NCBI GenBank assembly: GCA_964246835.1 | Contig: CAXTRT010000019.1 | Location: 5,918-69,917, forward strand | Length of the DNA stretch: 64,000 bases | Origin: an uncultured Acidobacteriaceae bacterium | Lineage (GTDB): Bacteria > Acidobacteriota > Terriglobia > Terriglobales > Acidobacteriaceae | Direction of reading: 5' to 3' | Shown: positions 48,701 through 56,674 of the stretch, in pieces | Position numbering within the stretch: the stretch's first letter is position 1 | Layout: each line of letters opens with the position of its first letter | The notes under the pieces: model-generated | What the model was told of the DNA's origin: nothing | Databases searched by the model: none | Seen by the model: the letters and a program-made list of their open reading frames with translations, nothing else | Translations under genes and position numbers: made by a program

Positions 48701-49168
48701 CCCGCGCAACCGGCCACCAGCAGTAACCTCCAGTACACCGGTTCCAGCGGCGACTTCAACGCCGACGGCCGCAACTACGATTTCCCGAACGTCTCCTCCT
48801 ACGCTCAGAAGACTGATCGCGCCTCCTACAAAAAAGGCCTCTTTCCTACCGCAAGCTCTGGCTCCTGCCCCGCAGGTCAGCTGAATGGCTGCGGTCCGTT
48901 TACCCTGCCCGACTTCGGAGGCGAGGGCAACGAGAAATCCAACGGCTTCCGCAATCCCGGCTACGCTCAGACCGATCTCACCCTGGAAAAGATCACCAAA
49001 ATACGCGAAGGCATCGACTTCCGCCTTCGCGTAGACGCCTTCAACATCCTGAACCGGCCGAACCTGGGAAACGTCGATGCTACCGCCGGCGATAGCACCT
49101 TTGGTCAGGTAACCAATCTCTCCGGCCCGGCCCGGAATCTTCTGCTCGGTGCTCGGGTCAACTTCTGA
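45785..49168 (+). CDS. TonB-dependent receptor with carboxypeptidase-regulatory-like N-domain
   Basis: Signal peptide MVHSFRALVVSVSSALLLLAMTASAQ. GTTQDVAGATLPGATVSLLNKDT...GAFRINSLAPGNYAITATAAGF. Barrel ends in the canonical ...LLLGARVNF. Confidence 0.9.
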   Translation: MVHSFRALVVSVSSALLLLAMTASAQFGANVQGTTQDVAGATLPGATVSLLNKDTSVSQTTSSNSDGAFRINSLAPGNYAITATAAGFATQTINFILQTNEQRNVPFALAVGQVATTVDVTSQAPLLDTSDSRNQQTLNPKALEELPVGARNPTSLLTLTPGVVGKGASNGSVNGPAVNFNSENYVDASANGRGANGNQYVVDGLDATSNARAGVLNLTPNVDSLSEITVQVNRYDVDYARTSSIQTVMTTRSGSQDFHGFASAYYTWQALWAKPDFAAVKYPPFHILNTSFGVGGPILRKHKLFFFASIEPYRAITTNTAAVQSFEDPAFVSFAQQTMPNSFGTTVLTKYPVSKVTVTGVSKTAAQLFGANVCGTPAADNIPCGLPVIDSGTFGALNYTHAKQYSGRIDKYFTKDRLYGTIFRNTLLNSTAAARSAFTGTNPSYGLAGQVNETHDFSAKTLNEAGFAALRVEGVNNQTGTFTVPVINITGLGTGFGQGSPLQDFVQHSYHWRDVLSRVVSTHSFKFGYEGLHGKQESFFAPVGAQPSITYTNLINFINDNPYSETNLSYDSLTAQPSPSQNFYAISSWGLFAEDTWQATRRLTLNYGIRYDNFGNAEPIEGTKFSNFYLGSGSSLTERVTDGVLKSQSHYFQHDLNWIFSPRVGAAFDPFGNAQYVVRGGFGLYHDYFNINNAVGGAKTNPPSYVVPTFFNDGSTAPPILGFGTSNTYPFGFQYPKFVGQTLDSKGGIVGSQIGIGGSYQDLKPQTSMIYSIGIERQLGRNMVASATYSGSHSYNLWTAGISPTSTFYGQDVNVYAGDLIQHINCKVTPASGTTAATSSCTGKLTRPNTSFGAITYTLNGARQNYDAFIVAVKGRFAQRAFLTASYTRSRDQDNASAYPTTQTDLYYGPSNYDVPNRFSLGATYSLPGFHNDAGLLGRLTGGYTLSAIVALQSGQPFTVITTTPFSATLKDPAQPATSSNLQYTGSSGDFNADGRNYDFPNVSSYAQKTDRASYKKGLFPTASSGSCPAGQLNGCGPFTLPDFGGEGNEKSNGFRNPGYAQTDLTLEKITKIREGIDFRLRVDAFNILNRPNLGNVDATAGDSTFGQVTNLSGPARNLLLGARVNF

Positions 49169-49353
49169 GGCCGGCGTTCCTCGACCGCGATCGCGTGTGC
49201 CTCATTGAGATCCTCTACGACCACCGTTCCTAGCGCTCCAACTACAATAAAAGAGCCTGGTAGATATCTCATCCCCTGAGCTTCGATCGGGCATACTCAA
49301 GGTTTGGGTCTATCCACTCTGACGATCTGGCCCGGAGCACACGAGATCTGCAA

Positions 49354-50424
49354 ATGCGTGGGAAGACCTCTCTAAAACCGGACAACCGACGATCTCCCGT
49401 CAAAATTCAGGATGTGGCGCGGCTGGCTCAGGTCTCACTTAGCACCGTCTCTGGCGTCCTGAATGAAAAAGCGAATGTTCGTCCCGAGACACGTCAGCGC
49501 GTTCTCGATGTGATCGCTCAGGTCGGTTACTCGCCAAACATCTTCGCCAGTAATCTGGCGCGCCGCCGAACCAAAATCATCGGCATCATCGTCTCGGACC
49601 TCCTGAACCCTTTCTTTGCGGAGATCGCCAAGGCGCTCGATACAGAGGCCCGTCTACGTGGCTACGAAACCTCCCTCACCTCTACAGACTTCTCCGCCGA
49701 TCAGCAATGCGCCACCGTCCGCCAGATGCTTGCCCACCGTGTCGCCGGCGTAGCCATGATGACCTCCGAGAACGATCCCGAGGCTTTCTCTCTGCTCAAG
49801 ACCAGCGGCACCCCTTCCGTCTACCTCGACAACATCCACGTGGGGGCGTACACCGGAACCGTCCGCGTCGATAAGCGTCGAGGCATGTTCGTCGCTGTCG
49901 AGCATCTGCTAGCGCTTGGGCATCGCAAAATTCTCCTTATCAAGAACTCGCAGCAGTCCGCGTCGGACCCTCCTATGCTGTCGCATCTCGAGCGGCAACT
50001 CGGCTTCGAGGATGCTGTGCACCGTTTCGGCCCACAAGAGGTCGACGTCCACATCATGGATGAGCCCGGGTCCAGTGCCGCAGCTGGTCTGCGCGCTATC
50101 GAGAAGGCTATTGCAACCTACAGGTTCACCGCGGTCGTTGCCATCAACGATCTCGTCGCCCTCGGTGTGTTTCGCGGGCTTCAGGCAGCCGGTCTGCGTA
50201 TCCCCGACGACGTCTCCGTCGTAGGCTTTGACAACACCTACCTCTGCGACTTCCTGCACCCGCCCCTTACAACTGTCGCAACACCGCGTGCGGAGTTGGC
50301 AAGCAGCGTCATCGACATGCTTCTTGCCTCGATCGAGCATGAGGAGCATACCCACGAGCGTGTCTTGGAAGCTCGGCTGGTTGTTCGCGCCTCAACGGCG
50401 GCTCCTTCGATTCGTTGCTTATAG
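49354..50424 (+). CDS. LacI family transcriptional regulator
   Basis: HTH VKIQDVARLAQVSLSTVSGVLN followed by a periplasmic-binding-protein-like sugar-binding core (IGIIVSDLLNPFF, VVGFDN). Confidence 0.9.
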   Translation: MRGKTSLKPDNRRSPVKIQDVARLAQVSLSTVSGVLNEKANVRPETRQRVLDVIAQVGYSPNIFASNLARRRTKIIGIIVSDLLNPFFAEIAKALDTEARLRGYETSLTSTDFSADQQCATVRQMLAHRVAGVAMMTSENDPEAFSLLKTSGTPSVYLDNIHVGAYTGTVRVDKRRGMFVAVEHLLALGHRKILLIKNSQQSASDPPMLSHLERQLGFEDAVHRFGPQEVDVHIMDEPGSSAAAGLRAIEKAIATYRFTAVVAINDLVALGVFRGLQAAGLRIPDDVSVVGFDNTYLCDFLHPPLTTVATPRAELASSVIDMLLASIEHEEHTHERVLEARLVVRASTAAPSIRCL

Positions 50425-50714
50425 CGCTGCGGCCTGACCGGGTCATCCTTAAGCACCTCATCACTCCATTTGCTTGTGGCGCATCGGTATGAAGGCGACA
50501 GTAGCACCCCGGTTCTCAACCGAGCTGCTAGCTTTACCGGATTGATCACTAAGTCGCTTCGAGCCGATCTCAGCATTAACACGCAATCAGCTCTTTTCGT
50601 TCTCAGCTTCAGTCTTGAAGACGACGCGAAATCGGCATTCAGAACAAGGTCATTCTTGACGCACTTGGCATGGAGTTGGTCAATTAGAGGCGTATTTTCC
50701 GACGCATCCGACAC

Positions 50715-51098
50715 TTATTCCTCCGCTGACAGAGTAGACCGCTTCTGACTCGCCTCACCCTTTCTCCGCTCTGCCATCTGTATGTTGTGTGCATTCGCAA
50801 TGGCCGCGAGCATTCCGGGGTAGCGTGCATCTATCTCAGCACAGCGGGAGATATTGTGCATCTCCACGCCGCGACGCTCGCTGCGGATCAGTCCTGCCTC
50901 GCGCAGAAGCTTAAAATGATGCGAGAGCGTGGATTTGGGGATCGTCTTCTGGCCCACGGTCAGAAAGCTCGAACACGTCTGTGAGCAATCCTGCTTAACG
51001 ATGTCGGCGAATATGGCTACGCGCACAGGATCGGCTAGTGCATGGAGAATCATCTCCAGCGGCACATCAGGGATCTCGGGATGTATGAGCGGTCTCAT
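50715..51098 (-). CDS. ArsR/SmtB family transcriptional regulator
   Basis: 127 aa with ILHALADPVRVAIFADI....KSTLSHHFKLLREAGLIRSERRG. Divergent from an SDR gene. Confidence 0.8.
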   Translation of the reverse strand: MRPLIHPEIPDVPLEMILHALADPVRVAIFADIVKQDCSQTCSSFLTVGQKTIPKSTLSHHFKLLREAGLIRSERRGVEMHNISRCAEIDARYPGMLAAIANAHNIQMAERRKGEASQKRSTLSAEE

Positions 51099-51263
51099 GG
51101 TTCCACCTGATCGAATCGCGCGGCATCGATCTCGATCTTAGAGGATTAGACCCGCGTCGCAATCATTAGTTGCAATGTTCTGAACTATTGAATCTTTCGA
51201 TTATCTCTCGCCATCTCTTGTCCTGAACCCGGCCAAGGCCTGCGGGACAGAAGGAGCTTCACT

Positions 51264-51998
51264 ATGGGTAAGCTTGAAGGAAAAGTGGCCGTCATCACGG
51301 CCGCGACATCAGGAATGGCTTTGGCCACCGCGAAGCTGTTTGTTCAGGAAGGCGCATACGTATTCATCACCGGTCGAAGCGAGGACAGGCTTGACGCCGC
51401 AGTCAGGGCAATCGGCAAGAATGTCACCGGCGTGCAGGGCGACGTTTCCAACCTTGCCGACCTTGACCGTTTGTACGAGACTGTCAAGAAAGAGAAGGGC
51501 GGGATAGACATCCTCTTCGCCAGCGCCGGTTTTGGGGAGTTTGCTCCCATTGGAAGCATCACCGAGAAGCACTTTGACGATACTTTTAATACAATCGTGC
51601 GGGGCACGCTCTTCACCGTACAGAAGGCATTGCCGCTCTTCAAGAATGACGGCGCGATAGTGATGAACGGCTCCGCGGCCGGCATCAAGGGGACGCCCGC
51701 CTTCGGTGTTTACGCGGCGAGTAAGGCAGCCGTTCGGTCCTTCGCGCGCACTTGGGTCAACGACCTAAAAGACCGCAATATCCGAGTTAACGTCTTGAGC
51801 CCCGGACCGATTGACACGCCAGGACTCGATCCGTTTGGAGGAGATGCTTTCAAAGAAGTGATGAAAAGCCAGATTCCGCGCGGCGAGATGGGCCGTCCCG
51901 AAGAGATCGCGGCTGTAGCCCTCTTTCTCGCGTCCAGCGATGCCAGCTTCGTTAACGGCATTGAATTGTTCGTTGACGGCGGCTCAGCTCAGATCTAA
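51264..51998 (+). CDS. short-chain dehydrogenase/reductase (classical SDR), atypical glycine motif
   Basis: AAGGAG RBS. VAVITAATSGMALA stands in place of TGxxxGxG. NGSAAG...YAASKAAV has the intact Ser/Tyr/Lys; also SPGPIDTP. Confidence 0.88.
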   Translation: MGKLEGKVAVITAATSGMALATAKLFVQEGAYVFITGRSEDRLDAAVRAIGKNVTGVQGDVSNLADLDRLYETVKKEKGGIDILFASAGFGEFAPIGSITEKHFDDTFNTIVRGTLFTVQKALPLFKNDGAIVMNGSAAGIKGTPAFGVYAASKAAVRSFARTWVNDLKDRNIRVNVLSPGPIDTPGLDPFGGDAFKEVMKSQIPRGEMGRPEEIAAVALFLASSDASFVNGIELFVDGGSAQI

Positions 51999-52326
51999 AG
52001 CTTGGAGCGAAACATGCATTACGGAGGAAAGGGGGCCTCGCCTCAGGAACAAGGAACTCTCCTCTGCCAAACAGCCGCTGACATCTCGACTAAAGCCTTT
52101 TGTGAGGCGGAACCCACCAGCAGCTAGACGGGGGGTGGGCGATACCCGGTCCCTGTCTAACTGTTGGTGCAAATCAAATGCGAGTGACGGCGTAGAAGGA
52201 ATCACCACACTCAAGGTTAGAACTTATACGCGAGTGTGCCCAAGGATGAGCGCAGCCAATCCCGCCAGTGCGTATTAAGGAATGTCTGATCAAGTTGAAG
52301 AAGTAGAAGTATTAACTGACCCGAAC

Positions 52327-52367
52327 AAAAGCAGGTTCCTCGCGTTGCTCGGAATGGAAGAAAGAAA
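52327..52367 (+). repeat. dispersed intergenic repeat, family 1 subfamily b
   Basis: 41/41 nt identical to 37265-37305, and the flanks also match (CCGAAC upstream). It lies between the convergent SDR and TetR genes. Confidence 0.9.
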
Positions 52368-52446
52368 AGCAAAGGGCTTTGTTCAAGGGCTCCTTAAGGA
52401 CGTATGCTCCGACATCTCGAGCAGATGCATTTATCCGAGGCGCAGA

Positions 52447-52468
52447 GATGCCGTCTCTCGACGGCATC
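52447..52468. terminator. perfect 9-bp hairpin between convergent genes
   Basis: GATGCCGTC-tctc-GACGGCATC, 27 nt beyond the TetR stop codon. No U-tract. Confidence 0.35.
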
Positions 52469-52494
52469 CTCAGGCCATTTCGGGCAGCCGCATC

Positions 52495-53088
52495 TTATGA
52501 CCGGGCGGACGCCAGTTGATGGGCAGCGCTTACGACACAAGCCCGACGACGGCTTCGCTCCCTAAGAGAAGTGCCATCCTTGCCTGTGACCATGCGCGAC
52601 AACTGGGGTACAGCAAACCACCATGCAGCGAGACCGATCAGGAGAAAGACGAGCTTCGCTGGATCGAGATCGTCCTTCAGTATGCCGTTCCGTTGTGCTT
52701 CGGCGAACATGTCCACCGTGCGCTGGTAGTGAGCGGTACGGGCCGCCTCGTTTACGGCTGGACCATCGGACAGGCCCTCCCAGAGCAAGAGCCGGACGAG
52801 ATGCGGATTTTCCGCGTGATAGTCGAAGATGCACCCTGTGTATTCACCGATATAGTCCAGACCGGGAGCATTCCTGCCTAAGGAAACAGCAAGCTTTTCG
52901 AGCTCCTCGATGAGCACCGTCTCGAACAATTGTCGTTTATCGCCGAAGTAGTTGTAGAGCCGCTCCTTGTTGATCCCCGCGAGAGCTGCGATCCGCGCCA
53001 TGGTCGTACCGTCCGGACCATGCGCAATGAACTCTACACACGCCGCTTGCTGAAGTCGACGGCGTGTTTCCTGCGTATCCCAAGCCAT
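52495..53088 (-). CDS. TetR/AcrR family transcriptional regulator
   Basis: 197 aa with RRRLQQAACVEFIAHGPDGTTMARIAALAGINKERLYNYFGDKRQLF. Confidence 0.88.
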   Translation of the reverse strand: MAWDTQETRRRLQQAACVEFIAHGPDGTTMARIAALAGINKERLYNYFGDKRQLFETVLIEELEKLAVSLGRNAPGLDYIGEYTGCIFDYHAENPHLVRLLLWEGLSDGPAVNEAARTAHYQRTVDMFAEAQRNGILKDDLDPAKLVFLLIGLAAWWFAVPQLSRMVTGKDGTSLRERSRRRACVVSAAHQLASARS

Positions 53089-53109
53089 GCCCTCATTCTA
53101 TTTGCATCT

Positions 53110-53157
53110 CCAACGTCTCAGTTGGAATCACAATCATAGGTCCAACCAAAACGTTGG
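53110..53157. promoter_or_regulatory. pair of identical-arm palindromes CCAAC-N6-GTTGGAAT (TetR operator candidates)
   Basis: Site 1 is 53110-53125 (CCAACgtctcaGTTGG) and site 2 is 53142-53157 (CCAACcaaaacGTTGG). Both are followed by AAT and their centres are 32 bp apart, inside the 110-nt TetR/SDR divergent region. Confidence 0.5.
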
Positions 53158-53198
53158 AATTGAGCTGAAAGATTATCGGCTTTGAGGAGAGCGTGAAC

Positions 53199-53951
53199 AT
53201 GCCGGGAAGAGTTGAAGAAAAGATTGCGGTGGTGACAGGCGGAACCAGTGGAATTGGCTTGGCGACGGCGAAATTGCTCGCAGCGGAAGGGGCCAAGGTC
53301 TTTGTCACAGGGCGAAGGGGCCCGGAACTCGCATCGGCGGTCGAGCAGATCGGTCATGGCGCCGTGGGTGTGCAAGGCGATGTTTCCAAACTGGAGGATC
53401 TCGACCGGCTGTTCACAGCGGTGCGAGAGCAAGAAGGGCGGCTGGATATCCTGTTCGCGAACGCCGGCACGGCGGAACACGTCACACTGGAGCAGACCAC
53501 AGAGAATCAGTTTGAAGACGGGTTCTCCACGAACGTCAAGGGTGTTTTCTTCTGCATGCAGAAGGCGCTGCCGCTGATGCCCGATGGGGCAGCCGTTGTC
53601 CTCAATGCATCCATGTGGACGATCAAGGGCATACCTGGATTTGGCGTGTTGAGCGCGAGCAAAGCCGCGGTGCGGAGCTTCGCGCGGACATGGGTAAATG
53701 AACTCAGGGCGCGGCGCATACGCGTAAACGTCGTCAGCCCGGGCCCAGTCCATACTCCTGCCATTGAGAAGGCGACAGGCGGCCGGGAGAATGCCGAGCG
53801 GCTCTTGTCGGAGTTGGCGAAAGACATCCCTCTGGGTCGCGCTGGAGATCCGGACGAGATTGCAAAGGCGGTTTTATTTCTCGCTTCCGACGATGCAAGC
53901 TACGTGAATGGCGCTGAACTCTTCGTCGACGGGGGAATGGTTCAGATCTAG
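53199..53951 (+). CDS. short-chain dehydrogenase/reductase paralog lacking the catalytic Tyr
   Basis: ATG 53199 (GAGGAG about 9 nt upstream). Canonical VTGGTSGIGLA. The YxxxK position reads LSASKAAV (Leu for Tyr). Long identical runs with 51264-51998, for example ASKAAVRSFARTWVN. Confidence 0.85.
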   Translation: MPGRVEEKIAVVTGGTSGIGLATAKLLAAEGAKVFVTGRRGPELASAVEQIGHGAVGVQGDVSKLEDLDRLFTAVREQEGRLDILFANAGTAEHVTLEQTTENQFEDGFSTNVKGVFFCMQKALPLMPDGAAVVLNASMWTIKGIPGFGVLSASKAAVRSFARTWVNELRARRIRVNVVSPGPVHTPAIEKATGGRENAERLLSELAKDIPLGRAGDPDEIAKAVLFLASDDASYVNGAELFVDGGMVQI

Positions 53952-53977
53952 ATCTCAGTCTTGTTTTTGGCTTAGGA

Positions 53978-54045
53978 CGAATACCGAGATCTCTCCACTG
54001 CGCGAGACGATACGGCCGTCACGCTTCGGTCGAGATGACGGCTTT
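53978..54045 (+). repeat. dispersed intergenic repeat, family 2
   Basis: CGAATACCGAGATCTCTCC...CGGTCGAGATGACGGCTTT with internal hairpin GCCGTCA-N14-TGACGGC (54015-54042). It lies between the convergent SDR and kinase genes. Confidence 0.7.
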
Positions 54046-54075
54046 TTCGTTGGTTAAGCAGGCTGGATTGTGTGG

Positions 54076-56556
54076 TTAGAGCGCGGCGGTATTGACGGGC
54101 TCTGTGCTGCTGATAGGGGAGGGGTCTGCGGTGGTAGGGGCGGGGCGGAGTTCGACGAGGAAGAGGGCTCCGGCGGGTTCGTTGTTTTCGGCTCGGATGG
54201 TGCCGCCGTGCTCCTGGATGATTTTGGCGGCGATGGCCAGGCCGAGGCCGGTGCCGCGCTGCTTGGTGGAGAAGTAGGGGAGAAAGAGGCGCTCGCGCAT
54301 GTCGTCGGTGAGGCCGGAGCCGGTGTCGGCGAGGGTGAGCTCGATCGCGCCGGTGTCGGCGAGGGCGGTGGTGATGCGGAGCTCGCGGAGGAGGGCGTGC
54401 TGCATGGCTTCGGCGGCGTTGTCGATGAGGTTGGAGAGGGCGCGCTTGAGGGCTTCGGGGTCGGCGAGGACGAGCGGGAGGTTGGGCGTGAGGGCGCGGA
54501 CGATGCGGATCTTCTGGAGGCGGCCGGCGAAGAGGGCGAGGGCGTTTTCGACGATGGTGTTAAGGTCGGCGGGGCGGGGCTGGGCGGTGGGGAACTCGGC
54601 GAGGGCGGAGAACTGGTCGACGAGGGACCTCATGGAGTCGACCGAAGAGGATGTGATCTCTGTGCAGCGGCGGATGATGGCGATCGAGGGCGAGTCGAGG
54701 CTGTTGGCGGCGAGGGTGTCGGCGAGGCGATCGATGTGGCGGCGGGTCTGCTCGGCGGAGAGGGCGATGGGGGTGAGGGGATTTTTGATCTCGTGGGCGA
54801 CGCGGCGCGCGACCTCTTTCCAGGCCGATTGCTTCTGGGCGCGGAGGAGCTCGGTGGCGTTTTCGAGGACGACGACGTAGCCGTGGTGCTCGCGGCCGCG
54901 CTCGGTCTGGGTTTCAAGCAGGGCGACGGTGGCGAGGAGGTTTGAGAGGGTGCCGTTGACGGTGAGCTCGAGCTCGGAGGAGGCGGAGCCCATGCGGTGG
55001 GAGCGGCCGATGAGACGGTCGAGGACTTCGTTGACCTCGGCGGGAAGGACGGCGTCGATGGCGGCGCCGAGGAAGTGGCGCTGGCCGCCGGGATCCATCA
55101 TCTCGGAGAGGGCGCGGTTGGCGAGGACGATGCGGCGATCGGGGGAGAGGGTGGCGACGCCGTTGGGGATGGTTTCAAGCATGGTTTCGAGCTCGGAGCG
55201 GCGAGCCTCGAGGGCGGCGTTGGCGGCGGAGATCTGCACGGTGGACTCGAGGACGGCGCGGCGGCTCGAGTCGAGGTCGGCGGCCATGCGATTGAAGGAG
55301 CGCGAGAGCTCAGAGAGCTCGTCGGTGGCGGAGGTTTCGACGCGGTGGGCGTAGTCGCCGGCGGCGATGAGATCCATGGCGTCGGCGAGCGACTCGACGG
55401 GGCGGGTGACCTGTTTCGCGAGATGGAGGGCGAGCCAGCAGCAGGCGAAGAGAGCGAGCGCGGTGATCATGAGCAGAAGCAGGGTGTAGAGGTTGCGGAC
55501 CTGGCGGCGCGAGCGGAAGAGGGTCCAGTAGGCGTCGGCGGCGGTATGCAGGCGGTTCATGGTGGCGGCCATGCCGAAGGGAACGGGCAGGCCGACGACG
55601 ACGGTGCCGCCGCCATTGACGGCCGCGGTGCCGAGGGCGAAGTCCATGTCGCCGGCGGAGAAGATGGGTTGATCGTTGCGCTGGGCGGCGTTGAGGATGG
55701 TGGTGTCGAAGGGTTGGCTAACGGGATGCGGGGCAGGCTGGAGTCTAGGCTGCGATCCGGATTGGGATGTGGCAGCGGGAAGGTCCTCGGGCGACTCGTC
55801 GGCTACCTCGGGGATCCAGGTCTTGAGCTGGGCGGGGGCGTTGCCTGCAGCCGGTAGCTGGAAGCCGGCGATGGCGCGGCCTTCGCGATAGATGACGGCG
55901 AAGCCATTCTGCAGCGTGACCTCGTGGCGGCTGAGGACGCGGGTGAGGAGATCGCGCTGGGAGGGCGGGTTTTGGTGTTGTTCCGGTAGCTTGCGCGAGG
56001 GCTTGATGTGGGTTCCGTGGCGGGCTGGCACGAGACGCGTTGCGGACGCTGGTGCGCGAGTGGGTGCGGCGGCTGGTTGCGGGAGCTCGGCGACGATGGA
56101 TTCGGCTTCGACGCGGGCGTTGGCGGCGGTGTACTGGGCGAGCTGGAGCGCGATGCGGTTGGAGTCGTCGCGCATCTGGGTGACGGGCTGCGAGAACCAG
56201 CGGTCGACGGCGCGGTTCATTAGCAGATAGCTGAAGGCGAACATGAAGACGATGGGGACGAGCGAGACGAGGACGGCGCCCCAGACCATGCGGGTGCGGA
56301 GGCGCGCGCCGAGCAGGCGGGTGCGCTGGTCGGCGTAGAGCTTGAGGACGTTGCGGACGAGAAGGACGAGGACGGCGACGAAGAGGAGGAAGGCGACGGC
56401 GGAGAGGGCCGTGTAGACGAAGATCTCGGGCGTGGTGGCGGGGTTGAGGAAGCTGAGATGGAAGGCGTTGAGGGTGGCGAGAGCGGCGAAGAGGACGAGC
56501 ACCAGCGCGGCGAGGGCGATGGAGAGGACTTTACGCCGCCGCTGGCTGATGGTCAT
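54076..56556 (-). CDS. NtrY-like sensor histidine kinase (TM-HAMP-PAS-HisKA-HATPase)
   Basis: 826 aa. N-terminal TM segments, HAMP (TRPVESLADAMDLIAAGDY), H-box VAHEIKNPLTPIALSAEQ, N/G boxes NLIDNAAEA and DTGSGL...GTGLGLAI. Confidence 0.85.
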   Translation of the reverse strand: MTISQRRRKVLSIALAALVLVLFAALATLNAFHLSFLNPATTPEIFVYTALSAVAFLLFVAVLVLLVRNVLKLYADQRTRLLGARLRTRMVWGAVLVSLVPIVFMFAFSYLLMNRAVDRWFSQPVTQMRDDSNRIALQLAQYTAANARVEAESIVAELPQPAAAPTRAPASATRLVPARHGTHIKPSRKLPEQHQNPPSQRDLLTRVLSRHEVTLQNGFAVIYREGRAIAGFQLPAAGNAPAQLKTWIPEVADESPEDLPAATSQSGSQPRLQPAPHPVSQPFDTTILNAAQRNDQPIFSAGDMDFALGTAAVNGGGTVVVGLPVPFGMAATMNRLHTAADAYWTLFRSRRQVRNLYTLLLLMITALALFACCWLALHLAKQVTRPVESLADAMDLIAAGDYAHRVETSATDELSELSRSFNRMAADLDSSRRAVLESTVQISAANAALEARRSELETMLETIPNGVATLSPDRRIVLANRALSEMMDPGGQRHFLGAAIDAVLPAEVNEVLDRLIGRSHRMGSASSELELTVNGTLSNLLATVALLETQTERGREHHGYVVVLENATELLRAQKQSAWKEVARRVAHEIKNPLTPIALSAEQTRRHIDRLADTLAANSLDSPSIAIIRRCTEITSSSVDSMRSLVDQFSALAEFPTAQPRPADLNTIVENALALFAGRLQKIRIVRALTPNLPLVLADPEALKRALSNLIDNAAEAMQHALLRELRITTALADTGAIELTLADTGSGLTDDMRERLFLPYFSTKQRGTGLGLAIAAKIIQEHGGTIRAENNEPAGALFLVELRPAPTTADPSPISSTEPVNTAAL

Positions 56557-56610
56557 GGGGTGGAGTGCTTTCTGGTGCTGAGGGTATTCCCTGCTTTCGC
56601 GCCGGCCGAA

Positions 56611-56648
56611 GCGAAATACGGGGATTCTTCGCTCCGCTCAGAATGACA
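56611..56648 (+). repeat. dispersed intergenic repeat, family 1
   Basis: GCGAAATACGGGGATTCTTCGCTCCGCTCAGAATGACA, between ald and the kinase gene. Confidence 0.85.
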
Positions 56649-56674
56649 ACTCTAGTTTAGTAGGAGCAAGTGTC

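Noticed and set aside
50238-50714. 158-aa minus-strand ORF whose ATG abuts the ArsR stop codon
   Set aside because: It is tempting as an ArsR-coupled gene, but its last 187 nt run antisense through the LacI gene 3' end. The sequence is Arg/Ser/Leu-rich with no recognisable fold (not SRPBCC-like). I treat 50425-50714 as non-coding or decayed; this remains unresolved.
41677-53977. tRNA-Ser-anchored genomic island
   Set aside because: There is no integrase, and I could not spot a direct repeat of the tRNA 3' end. The gene content (CAZyme locus, regulators, SDRs) is ordinary accessory metabolism. I keep only the narrower observation of an IS remnant at the tRNA.
54070-55857. 291-aa and 286-aa plus-strand Gly/Glu/Val-rich ORFs
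   Set aside because: They are antisense to the NtrY-like kinase gene and consist of low-complexity artefact sequence.
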